From: an uncultured bacterium
GTDB taxonomy: Bacteria > Acidobacteriota > Thermoanaerobaculia > Multivoradales > JAHZIX01
Reading direction: 5' to 3'
Assembly (NCBI GenBank): GCA_965368975.1
Contig: CBDUPA010000003.1
Location: 256,001-320,000, forward strand
DNA: 64,000 nucleotides
The notes under the pieces are model-generated. The model saw only the letters and a program-made list of their open reading frames with translations. It was not told the origin of the DNA and did no database searches. Shown in pieces: positions 29,201 through 36,100 of this stretch; the first letter of the stretch is position 1; each line of letters opens with the position of its first letter. The translations under genes and the position numbers were made by a program.

Positions 29201-29272
29201 GGCCAGGCGGACGCGGAGTTTCTCCTGACAGCTCTGTCCGAGATTTTTGGGGAAGCTCCTCTACAGGCCTGA
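26228..29272 (+). CDS. tri-domain APH-like kinase / M23 peptidase-like / class-III PLP enzyme (hydroxylysine kinase plus phospho-lyase-like)
   Basis: HNDVNDYN and IVDFGD (kinase); HLGID, YGHL, HLHFQ (M23); YLDAYNNVPHVGH, ADEVQTG, LGKPLGNG (class III). Confidence 0.9.
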   Translation: MTLQVGALESWALQLQTHWQLERVSLHRLPGEYDLNLAVEGPVRAVLKVMRPDCERSLVEMQIAALEHIHRSAETRTTLPVPRVLPAANGSSVVKFQGEGGTPRLAWMCSWLEGNRWVDTRPCTWDLLGQLGRATGELDRALVSFEHAALDRPLKWDLQQPLWVRDALPLVTDGARRRWLEAVLQRFETDCSPQLKELPRQAVHNDVNDYNVLCRMDLEGRAEVTGIVDFGDMTRAPVICELAIAAAYALLGQERPVEAVAALLEGYVSVRSLEAAEVEMLWPLILTRLAVSALNAAQMQRERPNDPYVMVSQEPIEAFLCRLPQISEAYVRARLRRAAGLEPIVGAASLSVAIESAKAKGDWAPVFKDVDLAVAPVADLGVTGDEAPQDPLAPDIRQVDAAVAALTRPGVPVLGRYAEPRLLYAAPAFFRGDHPASDRRTVHLGIDVFLPAGTPVRAPLEGSVHSVEICAGPLDYGAVVTLRHDDGAVGPFFTLYGHLAHDVTRSLSPGQRVSAGEVIARLGAVEENGGWTPHLHFQLGLFEAPGSAWPGAADPDESTEWLALFPDPASLLGLPPGHATAPELSPQDLLAHRGRHTVSNLKLSYREPVTVVRGWRCLLFDDRGRTYLDAYNNVPHVGHAHPRITRAAQRQLRLVNTNTRYLQPAFETYVEALTRRLPEPLDVCFLLNSASEANDLAVRIARRASGGEDMIVSQAGYHGITNLALALSDYKFSGPGGAGPDPWVRVAPVPDTFRGPYKEADPCAGQKYADAVRRIVEEIQRAGRVLAGFISEPFPSVGGQIVPPVGYLESVYAHVRAAGGICIADEVQTGLGRLGRFQWGFEQQGVTPDIVVLGKPLGNGFPLAAVVTTAAVAETFADRMEFFSTFGGSTLSCVVGLEVLRILDEEDLAGNAAEVGEFLLAGLRELASTTPWIGDVRGLGFFLGVELVEANGTPATEQAAYVKNRLREKRILIGTDGPFDNVLKIRPPLCFGQADAEFLLTALSEIFGEAPLQA

Positions 29273-29278
29273 AAGCGA

Positions 29279-29317
29279 GAAAAAGAGCCCCGCCAGGGGT
29301 CCGCTTCCCGGCGGGGC
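29279..29317 (-). terminator. putative rho-independent terminator of the LamG cluster
   Basis: GCCCCGCC/GGCGGGGC stem followed on the minus strand by TCTTTTT; lies between convergent genes. Confidence 0.6.
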
Positions 29318-29366
29318 GAGGTAACCAGAATCGACTTGTCTCGTGAATTCGAGCCGATCCGTAGCG

Positions 29367-30929
29367 TCAGAAGTTGCTGCTCTTGCACTTGCCAGCGCTG
29401 CCAGCACCGAACAAGGTCTGGACTTCGCTGGCACTCAGCTCGCGCTTGAAGAACTCGATTTCGTCCATGGTGGCGTCGAGGTAGCTGCCGCCGGACTGTC
29501 GGGCGATGCGCACCGGAGCACTGTTGTCCAGGTTGCCCTGGCGGCCCGTTGGATTCCGACGAGTACCCACCTCGTTGCCATCGATGTACCAGCGGATTCC
29601 CTGGCTGTCGTTGCGATCGACGGTGACGGCGACAAGGTGCCATTGCCCATCGGCGACGAAGCCGTTCGAGATACTGCTGCTGCTCGAGCCGGCAACGTAG
29701 TTGGTCCAACCACCATCGGCGAGCTGCAACGCCAGGTAGCCCTTGTAGAGAAAGAAGAGATAGCCGTAATACTGGCCGGCCGAGCTGGAGCGTTTGTCGA
29801 GAATCGTGGTCACGTGCCCGGTGTCCGAGGTCTTGATCCACAGGTCGATGGAGAAGTCGCCGGTGCCGGCGTCGAGCGTCCAGTGGTCGGGCACCTGGAC
29901 GTAGTCGTTGGAGCCATCGAAGTCGAGCGCATCGTCAACGACACCGGTTGTCCAGCTAGCGCCGTAGACGGTGCCATTGTTGGCGTTCGAGATGTCGGCC
30001 GCGCTGCTTCCCGAACCCTCGTCGAACGGCCACCAGGCCTGGAGGTTTGCCGGCGGATTGACGCAGTCGTCGCCTTCTTCCTCGCAGATGGTGAGACCGG
30101 AAGCGCCGCGCGATAGTCCCGAAGGGCCGATGTTGGTGAACTGACCATTGCTCGGGTTGAGCGTACGCAGATACTTGGTGCCGTCGACGTCACCGTCGAG
30201 CACGTAGTGGATACCGGTGTTCGGGTCGACGTCGTAGCCGCTCACTGAGCCTGTGACCGAGGACGTCACCAGGCTGCTGATCACCGAGGCGTTGATCGGG
30301 TTGATCTGGTAGAGCGTCGGTGCGGTGGTGACGGTGCGGCCATCGAGTGCGAAGAGGTTGCCGTTGGCATCGAAGGCGATGCCATCTGTATCTGCTAGAC
30401 CAGGGCCCGAGTTGTAGTTCATCGTGCCGACCAAGGTCGCGGCGCCAGTGCTCTGATTGAGCGTGTACAGCTTGTTGCGCTGGGCCGCCAGGTAGAGGAT
30501 GCCGGTCGTGGGATCGAGCGCAATATCGCCCTCCAAAACCGTCAGGCCGGTGCTGCCGATGGCCGTGTACGCGCCCGTGGTCGGGTTGATGGTGTAGAGA
30601 TAGTCGCTGAATGGAGGACCACCGCTGACGTTGACCCCCCACAACAGGCCGTTGCTGGCGTCCCACTCGATTCCGACCAGGCTGCGTACCGCGAGCGAGC
30701 GCGGGTTGCTGGCTGCTCCGGTCAGGTTGTTGATGTCCCACAGCGAGATCGGGATGGTTGGGGTTGCCCAATCATTGGCGTACATGCAAATTGGAGTCGG
30801 AATCGGCGCCAGGTAGACGGGCGGAGCTTCCTCAGCGGCACGCGCCATAGGTGGTACACCGAACCACGCGAGCACTACCAAGGTCAGCGCGAGTCCAAGG
30901 GGCGTTGATACGACGTTGAATGACTTCAT
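29367..30929 (-). CDS. secreted beta-propeller-repeat plus LamG-like jellyroll protein (paralog 1)
   Basis: Signal peptide; LYTINPTTG-type repeats; WWPFDE..ALDFDG..WHLVAV..YIDG LamG; SD AGAAGGAGGA before ATG 30929. Confidence 0.85.
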   Translation of the reverse strand: MKSFNVVSTPLGLALTLVVLAWFGVPPMARAAEEAPPVYLAPIPTPICMYANDWATPTIPISLWDINNLTGAASNPRSLAVRSLVGIEWDASNGLLWGVNVSGGPPFSDYLYTINPTTGAYTAIGSTGLTVLEGDIALDPTTGILYLAAQRNKLYTLNQSTGAATLVGTMNYNSGPGLADTDGIAFDANGNLFALDGRTVTTAPTLYQINPINASVISSLVTSSVTGSVSGYDVDPNTGIHYVLDGDVDGTKYLRTLNPSNGQFTNIGPSGLSRGASGLTICEEEGDDCVNPPANLQAWWPFDEGSGSSAADISNANNGTVYGASWTTGVVDDALDFDGSNDYVQVPDHWTLDAGTGDFSIDLWIKTSDTGHVTTILDKRSSSAGQYYGYLFFLYKGYLALQLADGGWTNYVAGSSSSSISNGFVADGQWHLVAVTVDRNDSQGIRWYIDGNEVGTRRNPTGRQGNLDNSAPVRIARQSGGSYLDATMDEIEFFKRELSASEVQTLFGAGSAGKCKSSNF

Positions 30930-31012
30930 GATATTCCTCCTTCTAGCAATGGGATGAGGGATCGAGCCCCGCCAGGTGTCCGGGCGGGGCAGGGGATGGG
31001 CAGCGAACCTGA

Positions 31013-31957
31013 TCAAGGATTCTGGTCACCACCGTCTGGCGCCTCGTAGGTCCAAGCAGGATCTCCGGGTTTGCACTTGCCGGCGAATTGTGCGGCGTAT
31101 AGGTCTAGCGCCTCGGCTGGGGACAAGACCCGCTTGAAGAACTCCAGCTCGTCCATGTGCCCATCCAGGTGAGCCGTGCCATTGAAGCGCTGGCCGATGT
31201 AAAGGGCACCACCGTTGTCCAAGTTGCCGGAATATCCCGTGGGATTGCGCCGCTTGCCAACTTCGATACCGTCGACATACCAGCGAATCCCGTCAGTGAG
31301 ATCACGGTCGACGGTGATGACTACGAGGTGCCACTGACCATCGGCCACGAAACCATGCGCAGGCGTCTTGAGCGCCGGATTGATGGTCGTCGGCATGCGC
31401 GGCATGTCGATCGTGTACGGCATGTCGATCGACACGTAGTTGGTCCAGCCCCCGTCCGCCAGCTGCAGACTCAAGAAGCCTTCGGTCAGGAAGACGTGGT
31501 AGCCGTAGTGCAGGCCGCTGGAGCTGGCGCGTTTGTCGAGGATGGTGCTCACCAGGCCGGTATCGGTCGTACGTAGCCACAGGTCGACGGAGAAGTCGCC
31601 CGTTCCGATATTCAGGCTCGAGTGATGCGGCACCTTGACGTGGTCAGCTACGCCATCGAAGTCCAGGGCACCGGCGACGTAGCCAGCCATCCAGGACGGG
31701 CCGTTCAGCGTGCCGTCATTGCCGCCTTGGATGTCTTCGGCGATCCAACCAGAACTCTCATCGAAGGGCCACCAGGAGATCAGGCCAGCTGGTGGATCGG
31801 TACACTGCGGTGGTTCGAGCGACACACCAGCGCCGGGAGCTGCATCGACATCGCTGGCCTCGGCTGCACCGCTGCTCAGCAAGACGAAGGCCAGCAGGCC
31901 GCACGAAAACAGGATCTGCAGGGCCCGCAGGCGTGGGGAAGTATCGTGGAATCTCAT
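31013..31957 (-). CDS. secreted stand-alone LamG-like jellyroll protein (paralog 2)
   Basis: Signal peptide ending AEA; C.DPPAGLISWWPFDE ... GKCK; SD AGGAG before ATG 31957. Confidence 0.85.
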   Translation of the reverse strand: MRFHDTSPRLRALQILFSCGLLAFVLLSSGAAEASDVDAAPGAGVSLEPPQCTDPPAGLISWWPFDESSGWIAEDIQGGNDGTLNGPSWMAGYVAGALDFDGVADHVKVPHHSSLNIGTGDFSVDLWLRTTDTGLVSTILDKRASSSGLHYGYHVFLTEGFLSLQLADGGWTNYVSIDMPYTIDMPRMPTTINPALKTPAHGFVADGQWHLVVITVDRDLTDGIRWYVDGIEVGKRRNPTGYSGNLDNGGALYIGQRFNGTAHLDGHMDELEFFKRVLSPAEALDLYAAQFAGKCKPGDPAWTYEAPDGGDQNP

Positions 31958-32059
31958 CGAGTTCTCCTGTAAGTCGATTTGGTGCGAATCATGAACTGCC
32001 CGGCTTGCACTTGCCGCCGCTACCGGCGCCGAACAAGTCAGAAATCTCACTCCAGAGAC

Positions 32060-33658
32060 TCAGAGTTTGATGTCCTTGCACTTGCCGTGGCTACCAGCGG
32101 CCCAAAGCGTCTGGATCTCGGTGGCGCTCAGCTCGCGGGAGAAGAACTCGATCTCTTCCATGGTCGCGTCGAGGTAGCTGCCGTTGGCCTGGCGGCCGAT
32201 GTAGACGGGAGCGCTGTTGTCCAGGTTTCCCTGGCGGCTCGACGGGTTGCGGCGCGTGCCGACCTCGACGCCATCGATGTACCAGCGGATGCCTTGCGGA
32301 TCGTCGCGGTCGACGGTGACCGCGGCAAGGTGCCACTCGCCATCGGCGACGAAGCCGGCGAAGTTGGTGCCGCCGGCGGTGCCCGCGACGTAGTTGGTCC
32401 AACCGCCGTCGGCCAGCTGCAAGGCGAGGTAGCCCTTGTAGAGGAAGAAGAGGTAGCCGTAGTACTGGCCCGCCGAACTCGACCGCTTGTCGACGATGGT
32501 CGTGACGTGGCCGGTGTCGGTGGTCTTGATCCACAGATCGATGGAGAAGTCGCCGGTGCCGGCGTCGAGGGTCCATGGGAACGAGACCTGGACGTAGTCG
32601 TTGACACCGTCGAAGTCGAGGGCATTCCCCACGACGCCGGTGGTCCAGGAAGCGCCGTAGACGGTGCCGTTGTTACCGTTGAAAATGTCCGGGGCCGAGT
32701 TGCCCGAGCTGTGGTCGAAAGGCCACCAGCCTTGTAGACCACCGGGTGGGCGAATGCAGCTGTCGGCTGCGAAGACGCAGGTTGTCAGGCCGGTGGCGCC
32801 GTTCGGCAGGCCTGATGGGCCGACGTTGACGAACTGGCCATTCGCGGGGTTCAGGGTCCGCAAGTCCTTTGTACCGTCGCTGGCACCGTCGAGCACATAG
32901 TGCGTGCCGGAGGCTGGGTCGATGTCGTAGCCGGCGACGGTGCCGGTAGACGCCGAGGTGACGATGCTGCTGAGCACCGAGGCGTTGAGCGGGTTCACCT
33001 CGTAGAGCGTTGGTGGCCCGGTGACGGTGCGGCCGTCCAAAACGTACAGCCTGCCGCTGGCGTCGAAAGCGATACCGTCGGTGTCCGGTTGGCCTTCTCC
33101 CACATTCAAGTTCATGGTTCCCACCAACGTGGCGGCACCCGTCGCTTTGTCGAGGGTGTACAGCTTATTGATGGCGGCGTAGTAGAGGGTGCCGGTGGTC
33201 GGATCGACCGAGATGTCGCCCTCCAGGATCGATAGACTGGTATCGCCGATGGCGGTGTAGACACCCGAGGTCGGGTGGATGCTGTACAGGTGGTTGGGGT
33301 AAGGCCCGGCAGAGTACCTGTTGACCCCCCACAGCTTGCCGGCCGCGGCGTCCCACTCGATTCCGATCAGGGTACGTACGCTGAGTGGACGTGGGTTGCT
33401 GGCCGTGCCGATGAGGTTGTTGATGTCCCAGAGCGAGATCGGCTGCGACGAGTTTCCCAAGTCGTTGGCCCAAAGGCAGGTCTGTTCCAGGATCGGTTCC
33501 GGTTCGATGGTCAGGTCGCCGACGCGTACCTCGCGCTGCGCGGTCAAGTGCGATGGCAGCACCAGGACCCAGAAAGACAAGAGCGCGACGAGAGCGCCGA
33601 GCGGTGAGGTCCGCCGGCTTTGGCCGGGATCGGAAACGTGTGAGCTGTACTGCTTCAA
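32060..33658 (-). CDS. secreted beta-propeller-repeat plus LamG-like jellyroll protein (paralog 3)
   Basis: Close paralog of 29367-30929; TTG start with the same GCTAGAAGGAGGA RBS. Confidence 0.85.
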   Translation of the reverse strand: MKQYSSHVSDPGQSRRTSPLGALVALLSFWVLVLPSHLTAQREVRVGDLTIEPEPILEQTCLWANDLGNSSQPISLWDINNLIGTASNPRPLSVRTLIGIEWDAAAGKLWGVNRYSAGPYPNHLYSIHPTSGVYTAIGDTSLSILEGDISVDPTTGTLYYAAINKLYTLDKATGAATLVGTMNLNVGEGQPDTDGIAFDASGRLYVLDGRTVTGPPTLYEVNPLNASVLSSIVTSASTGTVAGYDIDPASGTHYVLDGASDGTKDLRTLNPANGQFVNVGPSGLPNGATGLTTCVFAADSCIRPPGGLQGWWPFDHSSGNSAPDIFNGNNGTVYGASWTTGVVGNALDFDGVNDYVQVSFPWTLDAGTGDFSIDLWIKTTDTGHVTTIVDKRSSSAGQYYGYLFFLYKGYLALQLADGGWTNYVAGTAGGTNFAGFVADGEWHLAAVTVDRDDPQGIRWYIDGVEVGTRRNPSSRQGNLDNSAPVYIGRQANGSYLDATMEEIEFFSRELSATEIQTLWAAGSHGKCKDIKL

Positions 33659-33786
33659 GGTCTTCCTCCTTCTAGCGGTGATTCTGGAGATGGAGTACAC
33701 TTGCCGGGAAAGTTCTCCGCCACGCCTGCCAGCGTCGTTCAGCGTCTTCCCTCTCCCAGCTCCAAATCGACAAGTAACGAGCGGTT

Positions 33787-35046
33787 TTGCAAACTGGACG
33801 GAACCAGCAGTCCGGAACGGTCCTCAGCGACTATCTCCGCGCCCTGGACCCGGCCGATGCCGCGCCCGCACAGGCACCTCCGGACGCTCTCTTCGACGGC
33901 TTCTGGCGTGCCTTCCGGGCCGTGGTGCGGCAGGAGGTTCGGCGCCGGGGTTTGGGCGGCGCGCCACCGCGCTTCCTGGGGATCGACGGTGACCACTGGG
34001 ACCGCCACACCCTGGAGGAGCTGACCACCGACTGCTACGTCTACCTGCTGGCCCGCCTGCGTGCCCTCAAGGCACAGCTGCGTGTCAAGCCCCATGTCGA
34101 TGGCCTGGTGCGTCTCAACGTGCGCCACTGCCTGCACGAGCGGCAGAAGGCCGGCGATCCGCTGGGCTACCGCGTCTTCGAGGTGTTCCACGAGGCGGTG
34201 CGACTGGCGTTGGAGCAGGGATGGTTGGCCGGGCCTGGGGAGGAGGATGTTTTGGACAATGACAGCTGGTTGACCGTGGGCCCTGGTAGCGAGACCAGCG
34301 CCGGTGATGCGGGCGGAGGATTGGGGGCCATGGCGGTGCTCGACCAGGTCCAATTGAGCCGGGACCAGTTGAGCCCCACCCTGCGCCGCTGCTGCGATGA
34401 GTTGCTTCCCGAGCTGATCATCGCCCGTGGCGGCCGGCGGCGGCGTGTTGTCGAGGCACTGAGCCGGCAGTTTGCGCGGCTCGGGGCCGCTGATGAGGCT
34501 GCGTCGACCCCTGGAACCGTGTCGCGCTTCCGCTTCAAGGATCTTCTCGATGCCGCCAAGAGCGCGGTGCGCTGGCGCTGGCGCGAGCTGTGGTTGAACG
34601 AGCAAGGGGACGGCGCACGCAGGGGGGCGGTCGACGAGGACGCGGCCGAGCCCGTCGAGCGTCGAGCCGACCACCGAGCCGACCACCGAGCCGACCGTCG
34701 AGCCGAGCGTCGAGCCGTCGCAGCCTGGCTACCGATCCTCCACCCACGCTCCGACTACGAGGAGCGGCAAGCTTTCCTGCGCCTGACGGACTGCGTCGAC
34801 CGCGGCGTGCGCGCCGGCAGTGCCAGTGATGCGAACGGTCACTTGAGTACCCTTTGGCAGTTCCTGCGGCGCCAGGCGCCGGATGTCGAAGTGCTACCGT
34901 CGCGCCGCAAGGTCGCCGCCTTCCTGGGGCTGCCCCGCTACCGCCTTCCGGAACTCTACGACCGGCTGGCCGAGCTGGTCGAGGGCTGCCGGCGTGCGCT
35001 GGCGGGGGATCTGGGCGAGGCAGAAGCAGGAGAGGAGCGGTCATGA
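33787..35046 (+). CDS. hypothetical protein, enlarged ECF sigma-70-like factor
   Basis: Sigma2-like LEELTTDCYVYLL...GLVRLNVRHCLHERQK and sigma4-like HTH PSRRKVAAFLGLPRYRLPELYDRL. CDS is secure; the sigma call is inference. Confidence 0.55.
   Translation: MQTGRNQQSGTVLSDYLRALDPADAAPAQAPPDALFDGFWRAFRAVVRQEVRRRGLGGAPPRFLGIDGDHWDRHTLEELTTDCYVYLLARLRALKAQLRVKPHVDGLVRLNVRHCLHERQKAGDPLGYRVFEVFHEAVRLALEQGWLAGPGEEDVLDNDSWLTVGPGSETSAGDAGGGLGAMAVLDQVQLSRDQLSPTLRRCCDELLPELIIARGGRRRRVVEALSRQFARLGAADEAASTPGTVSRFRFKDLLDAAKSAVRWRWRELWLNEQGDGARRGAVDEDAAEPVERRADHRADHRADRRAERRAVAAWLPILHPRSDYEERQAFLRLTDCVDRGVRAGSASDANGHLSTLWQFLRRQAPDVEVLPSRRKVAAFLGLPRYRLPELYDRLAELVEGCRRALAGDLGEAEAGEERS
34660..34719 (+). repeat. 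5 x 12-bp in-frame tandem repeat (RRAD/HRAD/HRAD/RRAE/RRAV)
   Basis: cgtcgagccgac caccgagccgac caccgagccgac cgtcgagccgag cgtcgagccgtc. Confidence 0.85.
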
Positions 35047-36098
35047 CAGATCGAGGTAGGACGGTCCAAGTGCGGCAGGCGGCCATCGGCGACCTGTACG
35101 TCCTGGCCGAGCTGAACGCGACGACCCACGGTGGCGATCACGATGCCGAGAGTGTTGCAGGCGCGCTGGAGTGGCTGCTGCTGGAACAGCCAAGCGCGGA
35201 GCGCTGGCTGGTCGTCCCGGCCGACACGCTGCCGCTGACCGGTAGCGGCGACGTCGAGGTGCCACCGCAGGCCGCCACCGGACCGCTCGGCTTGCGCTGC
35301 CGCTTCGCCGTCGAGCTACCAGCTTCTGCACTGCGGCCGGAGTTGTACAACGGTACCGTCGAGGGCCGCTGGGTCGCGGCGGCGCGTGCGCGTGTGCAGG
35401 GGGACGCGAGCCTCGAGGCGGCCCCGCTGGCCGAGGAGACGGACCTCGATCCGGAGTACCTGGAATGGCAACGCGGCGTGCTGCGGCCTGCCCGCGCGGC
35501 TGTGGAAGCTCTGAGCCGTCCGGCTCCCGTCGTCGCGCTGCGCCGGGCTAGCTCACCTCAGAGTTCAGGCGCTGGGGCGTCCTGGCGGGCGCGCCGAGGA
35601 GAACTCTTGCGTCTGGCGGCGACGGCCGTTCTGGCTGCCGGTCTCGGCCTCTGGGTCGGTCTCTGGAATGGCCTCTGGAATGGCACGGATCCGCGGCCAG
35701 AGCAGGCCGAGGTCAACCTGCGCCTCGAATGGCTACTGCCGGGGCAGGACGAAGTACGCGGCAGCCAGCGCGAACTGCGCTTTACCGAGTCCGCGATGCC
35801 CGGTGAGCGCGTAACCTTCGTGCTCGAGACCTGGCGACCGTGGGATGGCGAGCGGTATCGGCTTGAACTGTGGCGCCAGGATACCAGTGACCGCGCGGCC
35901 TACTGGAGCAGCGATGAGCTCCGCTTGCAGGGAGCCTCCGAGATTCGCTTCAGTCTGCCGCGCGCCTGGCTGCCAGCCGGTCGCTACCAGCTGCGCCTGT
36001 TTGGTCTGGAGACGGGGGCCGATGCAGCAGAGATCGGTGCGATCCCGGTAGCGTTGGAAACCTACGACGTGCGGATCGAGGTCGGGGGCGATGAGTAG
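35043..36098 (+). CDS. single-pass membrane protein, putative anti-sigma-like
   Basis: ATGA coupling to the upstream gene; cytoplasmic N-domain, TM LAATAVLAAGLGLWVGLW, beta-rich C-domain (LPAGRYQLRLFG). Confidence 0.6.
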   Translation: MTDRGRTVQVRQAAIGDLYVLAELNATTHGGDHDAESVAGALEWLLLEQPSAERWLVVPADTLPLTGSGDVEVPPQAATGPLGLRCRFAVELPASALRPELYNGTVEGRWVAAARARVQGDASLEAAPLAEETDLDPEYLEWQRGVLRPARAAVEALSRPAPVVALRRASSPQSSGAGASWRARRGELLRLAATAVLAAGLGLWVGLWNGLWNGTDPRPEQAEVNLRLEWLLPGQDEVRGSQRELRFTESAMPGERVTFVLETWRPWDGERYRLELWRQDTSDRAAYWSSDELRLQGASEIRFSLPRAWLPAGRYQLRLFGLETGADAAEIGAIPVALETYDVRIEVGGDE

Positions 36099-36100
36099 GC

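Noticed and set aside
29367-33658. Diversity-generating retroelement or CRISPR explanation for the repeated LamG sequences
   Set aside because: No reverse transcriptase or cas gene; differences look synonymous or indel rather than adenine-specific; no repeat-spacer array.
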